Below, in pieces: positions 1 through 8,320 of a stretch of DNA of 64,000 bases (position 1 is its first letter; every line of letters starts with the position of its first letter). The notes beneath the pieces were generated by a model that had not been told where the DNA came from, did no database searches, and worked only from the letters and a program-made list of their open reading frames with translations. The stretch lies in assembly GCA_963667725.2 (NCBI GenBank), contig CAXXHO010000005.1, positions 960,001 through 1,024,000 on the forward strand, given 5' to 3'. The translations under genes and the position numbers were made by a program. The stretch comes from Treponemataceae bacterium. GTDB taxonomy: Bacteria > Spirochaetota > Spirochaetia > Treponematales > Rectinemataceae.

Positions 1-803
1 TTCTTGAACAGACCGGCGATCGTCGTTACGACAGCTCCGACCGCGGAGCTTTCGACCAGGTTGGTGACGCCCATGAAAAAGAGGCCCGACATCATGAAGA
101 TAATGAAAAGGGGAATGATGCCGGCGCTGAGAAGTTTCAATTTTTTTGCTATGGGCACATGACGTTCCTCTTTTGGAAGAACGGGGCCGAGCTTCGGATT
201 GAAGGTGCATCGCACGAGAATATAGATGATGAAAATCGCGGCAAGCATCAGACCGGGCATAATGCCGGCCAGCCACAGCTTGCTGACGGGCTGCCGCGCG
301 ATCATGGCGTAGAGCACGAGGACGACGCTCGGCGGAATCATTATCCCCAGCGAACTTCCCGCCTGGATGACCCCCGTCACCATTTTCTTGTCGTATTTGC
401 GCTTGAGCATTTCGGGAAGAGCGATGCTGCTGCCGACAGCCATGCCTGCCACGCTGAGGCCATTGATTGCCGATATGATAGACATGAGAATGACGGTCCC
501 TATCGCCAGTCCGCCGGGTACGGGACCCATCCAGACATGGATCATCTCGTAAAGATCGTCGGCGATGCCCGACTTGGCGAACATATATCCTATGTAAATG
601 AAGATAGGCAGCGTGAGCAGAGGGTACCAGACGAGGAGCTGGAAGCTTGCCTGGAAGGACATGCCTATACCGCCCTTTCCCCATAACAGTACGGCAAAAA
701 TAGCGCCAACGCCGCCGATGACGGCGAAGATATGCCTTCCGGTGAGGAGGAGAACGATCATCGAAGAGAACATCAACAGTGCCATCAATCCATAGCCGTT
801 CAT
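1..803 (-). CDS. dctM: TRAP transporter large permease (DctM), runs off the window start
   Basis: ATG at 803 overlaps the dctQ stop (ATGA). The translation MNGYGLMALLMFSSMIVLLLTG... is hydrophobic and contains GILVPPS. Lies downstream of dctP and dctQ. Confidence 0.9.
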   Translation of the reverse strand, partial: MNGYGLMALLMFSSMIVLLLTGRHIFAVIGGVGAIFAVLLWGKGGIGMSFQASFQLLVWYPLLTLPIFIYIGYMFAKSGIADDLYEMIHVWMGPVPGGLAIGTVILMSIISAINGLSVAGMAVGSSIALPEMLKRKYDKKMVTGVIQAGSSLGIMIPPSVVLVLYAMIARQPVSKLWLAGIMPGLMLAAIFIIYILVRCTFNPKLGPVLPKEERHVPIAKKLKLLSAGIIPLFIIFMMSGLFFMGVTNLVESSAVGAVVTTIAGLFK

Positions 804-1342
804 TTTGTACCCTCTTCTTTGGGCTGCTCAGCCCTGGGGTCCTCACCTCTAAGCGTCGCGATATCCTTGATCAGTTCGGATATTACCTGAAGAAACATGA
901 GGAAGATGCCGGCGACCATGAATATTTTCACGGGAAGCACTTTAGGCGCCCATGAGGAATAGGTTACCTGGCCATATCGGGCGGCGTATTGGATGCCCTG
1001 TATGCCGCCGACCAGGAGGACGATCATATAGAAAAGGATGATGGCGAAGGTGATCACATCCGAAAGAGCCTTTCTTTTCGGCGACCATTTATCGTAGAAA
1101 ACATCCATCCTGACATGTCCACCCAATATTAACGTGGATGCGCCGCCGAGAAGGTAATAGGGAGCCATGAAAAACTGGGTCAATTCCACGGCCCAGACAT
1201 TGGGCCTGTTGAAGACTGTCCTCGTGATCGTGTCGTAGAGCAGGATGCCCATCATGACGAATATCAGGTACATCACGATCTTGCCGACCAATTTGCTCGT
1301 CGCGTCGACATATTTTACATATGTTTTTGCTGCCTTACCCAT
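800..1342 (-). CDS. dctQ: TRAP transporter small permease (DctQ)
   Basis: About 4 TM segments, W-x-x-E and GHVRMD motifs. Start placed at MGKAAK after CAGGAGG RBS. Confidence 0.9.
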   Translation of the reverse strand: MGKAAKTYVKYVDATSKLVGKIVMYLIFVMMGILLYDTITRTVFNRPNVWAVELTQFFMAPYYLLGGASTLILGGHVRMDVFYDKWSPKRKALSDVITFAIILFYMIVLLVGGIQGIQYAARYGQVTYSSWAPKVLPVKIFMVAGIFLMFLQVISELIKDIATLRGEDPRAEQPKEEGTK

Positions 1343-1379
1343 CGAAACCTCCTGATGATGGATCCGAGGTATCAAAGAA

Positions 1380-1412
1380 CCCCTATCCGACCCTGGGAAA
1401 GCCGGATAGGGG
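1380..1412. repeat. Stem-loop between dctP and dctQ (mRNA stabiliser or attenuator)
   Basis: CCCCTATCCG...CGGATAGGGG perfect 10-bp inverted repeat. Confidence 0.6.
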
Positions 1413-1452
1413 ATTCAGTAGTCCGGGATGAAGTACTTGCATCATGCCTACA

Positions 1453-2544
1453 TCAGTACCTGTAGGGAGCTCCCGCTTTCTTCATGGTCGCGTCGTATTT
1501 TTTCAGTATTTCGACGACTTTGGCGTTCCGCGGGCTCTTCTTCGCGGCCTCGTCCCAGAATTTCAACGCGGCATCCTCCACAACCTTCCATTCCTTGTCG
1601 GGAATGGTCGTCAGTTCGAGCTTTCCGCCATTGACGCGGAAGTTGGCCTCGCCGTACCAGTACCAGTGGAGTCTGTAATAGTGCGACTTGTCGATCGCGA
1701 GCCTCACCAGCTGCTGCAGGTGGGGAGGGATCTTGTTCCAGGCGTCCGTATTGACGAACCAGCCGCCGGACCAGGCGCCCGAGATCGGGTTCGTCAGGTA
1801 ATACTTCGTCACATCGGCCCAGCCGACCGTGTAGTCTTCGGTGATGCCCGACCAGGCGACGCCGTCGAGCATGCCGGTCTGCAGCGCCATCTCCACGTCC
1901 TCATAGGGCATGACGACGGGCACCACGCCGAACTGCTGCATGAACTGTCCGCCCGTGGGGAACATGTACATCCTCAGGCCTTTGAAGTCCTTGATCGACC
2001 GGATGGGTTTTGTCGTGGCGAAGTTGCATGGATCCCAGCTTCCCTGGCTCAGCCATGTCACGCCCTTTACCTCATCATAGGCTTCCTTCCATATCTCGTT
2101 CAGCCCATACCAGTTCCAGAGGACGTTGACGTCGAGGCCGTACCTGGCGGCGAGCGGGAAGTAGGCGCCGAAAATCCGCACATCGACGGGGGAGGCCATC
2201 GAGTCGTCGTCGCTGACTGCCATGTCGACCGTGCCTTCCTGCAAGGCTCTGAAAAGCTCGCCATGCGGAACGAGCTGGTCAGCCGTGTAAACCTCTATCA
2301 CCATCTCGCCGTTGGCGGCGATATTGAACTCGTCAATGGCGTTCTTGACCACATGGTCATTCAGGGCAGGTCCGGCGTATGACTGGAGCCTCCACTTGAT
2401 GACGTCTTTTTTGGCTTCTCCCTGGGCCGGGCCTTCTGCGACTTTTTCCTTCGCGCTGCAGGCGCCCAGGAACAAAGCGCATCCCACTACAATTGTCATG
2501 AGGATCAGGAATTTCGTATGCTTTCCCTTGACTCCAGATTTCAT
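1453..2544 (-). CDS. dctP: TRAP solute-binding lipoprotein (DctP), lacking the conserved carboxylate-binding Arg
   Basis: Lipobox LGAC; WRLQSY, DQLVP..E..RAL..G..D and DFKGLR motifs; start MKSGVK after AGGGGG. Confidence 0.9.
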   Translation of the reverse strand: MKSGVKGKHTKFLILMTIVVGCALFLGACSAKEKVAEGPAQGEAKKDVIKWRLQSYAGPALNDHVVKNAIDEFNIAANGEMVIEVYTADQLVPHGELFRALQEGTVDMAVSDDDSMASPVDVRIFGAYFPLAARYGLDVNVLWNWYGLNEIWKEAYDEVKGVTWLSQGSWDPCNFATTKPIRSIKDFKGLRMYMFPTGGQFMQQFGVVPVVMPYEDVEMALQTGMLDGVAWSGITEDYTVGWADVTKYYLTNPISGAWSGGWFVNTDAWNKIPPHLQQLVRLAIDKSHYYRLHWYWYGEANFRVNGGKLELTTIPDKEWKVVEDAALKFWDEAAKKSPRNAKVVEILKKYDATMKKAGAPYRY

Positions 2545-2904
2545 AGCGCCCCCTTGTGAGGTGAACCAGGCTTGTATACAGGAAAACCTGTAACAGCTAA
2601 CTCTTAGCCGATATTTTGCGTTCGTCAAGGATATTTTTTTAAATTCGTCAAAAATAATTGCATTTTTTATTCAAGTGGAACAAATTATGCACTTTATGCG
2701 CCGCGGACGCGGATCCGGCGGTTCGGTATTATAATTTTACAAAATAAATATTTGTTGACAACAGCGGATATGTCGGCATATTCTTGAACATCATTATCAT
2801 GTATGCCTGCGGCGCGTTTCTCCGCTTGCGTATGGCATCAGCCGTATATGACAGCTTATTAGCGAAAGCACGCCGTTGGCCGACATCGATGGGGAAGGAA
2901 GGCC

Positions 2905-3474
2905 ATGCCAAGCAAGAAAGAAGATGTCATGAGTGGTGTGTCGGGACCGGATGGCAAGATGACGGCGCAATGCCGCGAAATACGCATCCGCGTCAATGGC
3001 TCGTGGCGAAGCTTCAAACTTGAGGGCGACCTCGACAACGCCACGACGCTCTCCTACCTGCTGCGGGAAAAGCTTGGATATACGGGACTCAAGGTTTCCT
3101 GCGACGAGGGCGCCTGCGGCGCCTGTACCGTCATCATGGGCGATACGGCCGTGCTCTCGTGCATGGTGCTGGCCATCGAGGCCGACGGCAAGGAAGTCCT
3201 GACGATCGAAGGTCTTCCCAAAGATGATCCCGTCGTCGAAGCCTTCGCCGAACAGTCAGAACCGGGCTACGGCACCGCCATGCAGTGCGGCTACTGCACT
3301 CCCGGCTTCGTCATGACATCGAGAGCCCTCCTCAACGCCAACCCCACCCCGACGCTTGCCGAGGTGAAGGATGCCCTGGCAGGCAATATCTGCCGCTGCG
3401 GCTGCTACGCCGGAATCGCGCAGGCAGTGATGCGCGCCTCCGAGAAGATCGTGGCCAGAAGGAGCGTCAAATGA
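2905..3474 (+). CDS. Mo-hydroxylase small subunit, 2x[2Fe-2S] (XdhC/CoxS-like)
   Basis: CDEGACGACTV and QCGYCTPG...GNICRCG motifs. Confidence 0.95.
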   Translation: MPSKKEDVMSGVSGPDGKMTAQCREIRIRVNGSWRSFKLEGDLDNATTLSYLLREKLGYTGLKVSCDEGACGACTVIMGDTAVLSCMVLAIEADGKEVLTIEGLPKDDPVVEAFAEQSEPGYGTAMQCGYCTPGFVMTSRALLNANPTPTLAEVKDALAGNICRCGCYAGIAQAVMRASEKIVARRSVK

Positions 3475-5828
3475 TCGAACGATACAAGCCGCGCGTCCAG
3501 CGCAAGTTCGTGGGAGGCTACAGGCCCAAGCTCGATGGCCCGGACAAGGCCTCGGGTCGCGCCCAATACGCCGACGACATGACGCTGAAATCCCGCTTTC
3601 CCGATATGCTCTACGCGAAGATTCTGCGCAGCCCCTATCCGAGCGCGCGCATAAAGAAATTCGACAAGAGCAAGGCCGAAGCCCTGCCGGGCGTCGTCAC
3701 CGTGATGACCTACCAGGACCCGGAGTTCACCTCCCTGAAACTGACCAACGCCGGATGGACGGACTGCGTGGATACCGTCACCTGGGACAGGATGATGTTT
3801 CCCTTCCGCGACAGGCGCGTCTTGGGCGAATACGGGTGTTGGGCTGGCGACGAGATGGGTATCGCCGTTGCCGCCGAAACCGAGGAGATCGCCGAAGAGG
3901 CCTTGAAGTTGATCGACATCGAATGGGAAACGCGGCCCTTTGTCCTCGACCCGATAGAGGCTATGGGCAATAACGCCCCTCTCGTCCATCCGGACCTCAC
4001 CGACTCCAACATCCTCGCGCCCGACCCGACGGGCGGCCCCGACGTCTTCGAAAATCGCGGCGATGTCGACAAGGCCTTCAAGGACGTCGATGTCATCGTC
4101 GAGGGCAGTTCGACCTTCCACAACGCTACCCAGTGTTCTATGGACAACTGGTGCTGTGTCATGCAATGGAAGGAAGACCAGCTCACGGCATGGTCCAATA
4201 CATACGCCGCCGATCAGCTCCGCATGCATATAAGCGAGATGCTCGGACTGCCTCTCCATAAGATACGCGCTATCGCCTCCTATGTCGGCGGTCAGTTTGG
4301 CCGCGGCGATACAGGCGATCAGCCCTTCTTCCTCGTCACCAGCCTCCTCGCCATGAAGACGGGGCGACCGGTTAAATACAGGCATACTAGGCATCAGAGT
4401 TTCCTCAATACCAGGCAACCCGCCATCTACGATTTCAAGGCCGGGCTGAAGAAGGACGGAACCCTCGCGGCCCTCTACACGAAGGCGATCGGCAATGTCG
4501 GCGCCTATGCCGATCTTTCCATGTTCGCCCTCAAGTTCGTGCCCAAGGAATTGGCCGAAGTCTTCCTGGCCCACGTCCCCAACCTAAAGATGGAAGCCTA
4601 TGGGGTGTACGCCAACGTTATCCCCGGCTGCATGATGCGCGGCGTCGGCAACTCCCAGTTCAACCTCATCTTCGCCCATATGATAGACGCCTGCGCCGAA
4701 AAGCTGGGCATGGATCCGATGGACTTCTGCATCAAGAATTTCGCCACCGAGTGGGAGAAATTGCCTTCCGACAGCCTCATCGAAGTGCTGAAGGTGGGGG
4801 CGAAACGCCTGGGCTGGAAGGAAAAGCGACACGCCCCCGGCAAGGGAGCGTTGATCGATGGCGTGAAGAAGCGAGGGGTTGGCTTCTCCTGCCATCCCTC
4901 CTGGCACGCGGAGTGGCAGGAAAAGCGGCGCGGCAAGGTTCAGGTCAACCTGACGCTCAATCCGGACTGCACCATCCTCCTCAACGCCGCCACCATCGAA
5001 GTGGGCGGCGGCTCCAACACCTGCAACGTCCTTGGCTGCGCCGAAGCCCTGAGCTTCCTCGGCATCGGCGTCGAGGATATCTATTGGACACCGATCGTGG
5101 ACACGAAGGACGGCATCAAGGACTGTGTCCAGACCGACAGCGCCGTGTCCTTCCTGCAGTCGGAAGTCATGATCGATTCGGCCAAGGAACTCAAGGAAAA
5201 ACTCAAAGTAGCCGGCGCCGAAATACTGAAGATTCCGGCCGCGGACCTGGATTTCGCCGACGGCAAGGTCATCGTCGCGTCGAAACCTTCCTTCAAAATG
5301 ACGATCAAGGAAATGCTGCGCAAGGGTGACAACGCCCCCATCACCGTGGCCAAGAGCCGCTCGCCTGACGTGAAACTGACCGGCGTACCTTTCTTTGCCA
5401 ACTTCGCCGAGGTCGAGGTGGACACGAGCACGGGCAAGGTCGACGTGCAAAAACTGGTCGTCGTCAACGACTGCGGCACCGTCATGTACGCCTCGGGCGC
5501 CGAGTCGCAGCAGATCGGCGGCCAGTGCATGGGCATGGGCGAGGCTTTGACCGAAGAGATCATCTACGACAAGGCCACGGGCATCCCGCTCAATTTCAAC
5601 TGGGTGGACTACACCATTCCGACCATGGCAGACATGCCGGAAATAGAGCCAGTGCTCCTCGAGGTATGGAAGGGAGTGGGCGAATATGGCGCCTGCGGAA
5701 TAGGAGAAGGCACGGTTTCATGCACGCCGGGAGCCATCGCGAACGCGATCTACAACGCCATTGGGGTCAGGGTGAACGACATTCCGATTAAACCGGAAAA
5801 GATCCTGAAAGCCTTGGGAAAGGACTGA
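3471..5828 (+). CDS. Xanthine dehydrogenase family molybdopterin-binding large subunit
   Basis: DKASGRAQYADD, RSPYPSARI, VGGQFG, MRGVG and GIGE motifs. ATG 3471 overlaps the upstream stop (ATGA). Confidence 0.93.
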   Translation: MIERYKPRVQRKFVGGYRPKLDGPDKASGRAQYADDMTLKSRFPDMLYAKILRSPYPSARIKKFDKSKAEALPGVVTVMTYQDPEFTSLKLTNAGWTDCVDTVTWDRMMFPFRDRRVLGEYGCWAGDEMGIAVAAETEEIAEEALKLIDIEWETRPFVLDPIEAMGNNAPLVHPDLTDSNILAPDPTGGPDVFENRGDVDKAFKDVDVIVEGSSTFHNATQCSMDNWCCVMQWKEDQLTAWSNTYAADQLRMHISEMLGLPLHKIRAIASYVGGQFGRGDTGDQPFFLVTSLLAMKTGRPVKYRHTRHQSFLNTRQPAIYDFKAGLKKDGTLAALYTKAIGNVGAYADLSMFALKFVPKELAEVFLAHVPNLKMEAYGVYANVIPGCMMRGVGNSQFNLIFAHMIDACAEKLGMDPMDFCIKNFATEWEKLPSDSLIEVLKVGAKRLGWKEKRHAPGKGALIDGVKKRGVGFSCHPSWHAEWQEKRRGKVQVNLTLNPDCTILLNAATIEVGGGSNTCNVLGCAEALSFLGIGVEDIYWTPIVDTKDGIKDCVQTDSAVSFLQSEVMIDSAKELKEKLKVAGAEILKIPAADLDFADGKVIVASKPSFKMTIKEMLRKGDNAPITVAKSRSPDVKLTGVPFFANFAEVEVDTSTGKVDVQKLVVVNDCGTVMYASGAESQQIGGQCMGMGEALTEEIIYDKATGIPLNFNWVDYTIPTMADMPEIEPVLLEVWKGVGEYGACGIGEGTVSCTPGAIANAIYNAIGVRVNDIPIKPEKILKALGKD

Positions 5829-5838
5829 GGGGATAGCC

Positions 5839-8235
5839 ATGGGAATGCACAAATTTGATCATATCGCGGCGAAATCGCTCGATGATGCGGTGACGCAGAT
5901 CGGCAAGTATCGCAAGACTGCGGTCGTGGTGGCGGGCGGGACTGATATCCTCGGAATACTGAAGGACGAGGTCCATCCGGTATATCCCAAAGTCCTCGTG
6001 GACATAAAAACCATCGAAGGGCTCTCGTACATCCGCGAGGAAGCGGGCGGCTTGAAGATTGGGGCGCTCACCACCCTCTCCGAGATAACCAAAAACGGGA
6101 CGGTCAGGAAGAAGTATCCCTTGCTCGCCGAGGCGGCGCACGCGGTAGCCTCGCCGCAGCTGAGGAATATGGGCACCATCGGCGGCAACCTCTGCCAGGA
6201 ACCGCGCTGTTGGTACTATAGAGGACTCGACAACAGCTTCCACTGCCTCAGGAAGGGCGGAGATCACTGCCCGGCCCTGACCGGCGAAAACCGCTACCAT
6301 TCCATATTCGGCTCCATGCGGGTAGGCAGGCCGGGCTGTTCCTCTGAGTGCCCGGACAATATCGACATACCCCGCTACATGGAAAGGATCCGCGCCGGCG
6401 AGATAGCCGAAGCGGGGCGCATCATCCTGGAGAACAACCCGATGCCGGCCGTCACGGGTCGCGTCTGCCCGCATTTCTGCGAGCAGGGCTGCAACCGCGG
6501 CGAACAGGACAGCGCCGTCTCCATCAGGGCGGTGGAACGCCGCGTGGGCGATTACATCCTCGAGAATAAGAAGAAATACCAGAAGGCTCCCGCCAAGGAG
6601 AACGGCAAGAAGATTGCGATCATCGGGGGCGGACCGGCTGGTCTCTCCTGCGCCTTCTTCCTTAGGCTCAAGGGCTTCGGCGTCGTGATCTACGACAAAC
6701 AGCCCAAGCTCGGCGGAATGCTGCGCTACGGCATCCCCGATTTCAGGCTTTCCCCGGGCGTGCTGGACAGCGAGATAGATTTCATTCTCTCGCACGGCAT
6801 CGTCGCGAAGACAGGCCAGCAGCTCGGTAAGGATTTTACGCTCGACAGTCTCAGAAAGGAAGGTTTCAGCGCCGTCTTCCTCGCGATGGGATCCTGGCGC
6901 GCCAAGGGTATGGGCGTCGAGAACGAAAAGCATCCGAACATCCTCCCCGGCATTTCCTTCCTCGAAGGCGTCAAGTGGAACGGACCGCCCGCGATGAACG
7001 GCACCGTCGCCGTCGTCGGCGGCGGCAACACGGCCATCGACGCCGCGAGGACAGCGCTCCGCTGCGGGGCGAAGAAAGTCGTCCTCCTCTATCGCAGGAC
7101 GCGATCCGAGATGCCCGCCGAAGACGAAGAAATCGAGGACGCGATCAAGGAAGGCATCGAGCTCCAGTTCCTCGTCGCCCCAAAGAAAGTCGTGCTGGGA
7201 GGCGCGAAACTAGAAGGCCTCGAATGCTGCAAGATGCAGCTCGGTGAGCCTGACGCCTCCGGGCGGCCGCGTCCCGTCGAGATAAAGGGGAGCGATTTCC
7301 TCTTTAAGGCCGACTGGGTGGTTTCGGCCATCGGCCAGGACCAGAACCTGTTGGGTCTCGACAATACGTCCTATGGCGCCATCGCGCTGACCAAAGGCAA
7401 CGGCATCGATGCCGACCCCGAAACCTATCAGACGAGCGCGGCGGGAGTATTCGCCGGCGGCGATGTCGCGACAGGACCGGCCACGGTGGTGGAAGCCCTC
7501 GCCGCGGGCAGGAAAACGGCGGATTCGATAGAGGTTTACCTCGCCGGCGGCGCTTTGAAGAAAGCCGCTGAGGGGCCCGGAAGCGCGGGAAAACTCAGGC
7601 CGATCAACGACAAGGCGCTCAAGCCTTCGGAGCGGGCAAGCGTCAGGGAGCTGGATCCCTGCGATCGCTGCATGGACAAGGAAGACTACGCGACGCTCGA
7701 GGACGGCAAGGTGAGCATGGAAGCCCATCGCTGCCTCGACTGCAGCTGTGTGGCCGTCAACGCTTCCGATGTCGCTCCGGCGTTGATCGCGCTGGGGGCG
7801 ACGATCAAAACGACCAAGAGAAGCATCGCGGCCGAGGACTTCTATACCGTAGGGCTGATGACCACCACGGTGCTTGCCGTCGATGAACTCGTGACGGAAA
7901 TCTCCATACCGGCGCCCAAGGCCGGAACAAAATTCAGCTTCCAGAAATTCAGGGTGCGCAATTCCATAGATTTCCCGATCGTGAGCGTCGCCTCCGCCCT
8001 GGACTTCGAGAATGGAAAAATCAGCGGCGCCAGGATAGTGTTCGGCGCTGTCGCGCCCATCCCGCTAAGAGCCGTGAATGTCGAGGAAATCCTCATCGGG
8101 AAGACGGCGAGCGAAGAGACGGCGGAGATCGCGGGCGAGATCGGGGCGAAACAGGTGTTCCCGCTGGAGAGAAACCGGTATAAGGTGCAGATTCTGAAGG
8201 GACTTTTGCGCAAGGCCATAGTGGCGAGCAAATAA
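5839..8235 (+). CDS. Mo-hydroxylase FAD/[4Fe-4S] subunit (PaoB/HcrB-like) with an inserted GltD-like Fe-S flavoprotein module
   Basis: N-terminal AGGTD and RNMGTIGGNLC; middle CxxxCP, GRVCPHFCEQGC, IIGGGPAG, GGGNTAID, YRR and FAGGD; C-terminal CoxM-type RNSIDF and GAVAPIP. Confidence 0.9.
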   Translation: MGMHKFDHIAAKSLDDAVTQIGKYRKTAVVVAGGTDILGILKDEVHPVYPKVLVDIKTIEGLSYIREEAGGLKIGALTTLSEITKNGTVRKKYPLLAEAAHAVASPQLRNMGTIGGNLCQEPRCWYYRGLDNSFHCLRKGGDHCPALTGENRYHSIFGSMRVGRPGCSSECPDNIDIPRYMERIRAGEIAEAGRIILENNPMPAVTGRVCPHFCEQGCNRGEQDSAVSIRAVERRVGDYILENKKKYQKAPAKENGKKIAIIGGGPAGLSCAFFLRLKGFGVVIYDKQPKLGGMLRYGIPDFRLSPGVLDSEIDFILSHGIVAKTGQQLGKDFTLDSLRKEGFSAVFLAMGSWRAKGMGVENEKHPNILPGISFLEGVKWNGPPAMNGTVAVVGGGNTAIDAARTALRCGAKKVVLLYRRTRSEMPAEDEEIEDAIKEGIELQFLVAPKKVVLGGAKLEGLECCKMQLGEPDASGRPRPVEIKGSDFLFKADWVVSAIGQDQNLLGLDNTSYGAIALTKGNGIDADPETYQTSAAGVFAGGDVATGPATVVEALAAGRKTADSIEVYLAGGALKKAAEGPGSAGKLRPINDKALKPSERASVRELDPCDRCMDKEDYATLEDGKVSMEAHRCLDCSCVAVNASDVAPALIALGATIKTTKRSIAAEDFYTVGLMTTTVLAVDELVTEISIPAPKAGTKFSFQKFRVRNSIDFPIVSVASALDFENGKISGARIVFGAVAPIPLRAVNVEEILIGKTASEETAEIAGEIGAKQVFPLERNRYKVQILKGLLRKAIVASK

Positions 8236-8249
8236 GCGGGGCGGGAAAA

Positions 8250-8283
8250 GGGGCTGTTTATTTTAAACTTAGTAGACAGCCCC
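8250..8283. terminator. Hairpin between convergent genes
   Basis: GGGGCTGTTTA...TAGACAGCCCC inverted repeat just after the xdh operon stop. Confidence 0.6.
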
Positions 8284-8320
8284 CGAAGCCCTTCTTTATC
8301 GTTTTCCGGGCCGCATCGGC

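Noticed and set aside
2790..2900. Moco riboswitch upstream of the xdh operon
   Set aside because: No CCTCCCG or GGAAAG hallmarks are present, unlike the leader at 14717-14859.
3285..3470. N-terminal extensions given by the ORF track (also 28741, 35738, 39402, 51555, 16310)
   Set aside because: They overlap upstream genes or promoters. Downstream starts with an RBS and family-typical N-termini fit better.
2905..8235. Possible selenocysteine recoding in the Mo-hydroxylase subunits
   Set aside because: All three ORFs are open with no in-frame TGA. The TGA at 3472-3474 is a normal stop overlapping the next ATG.
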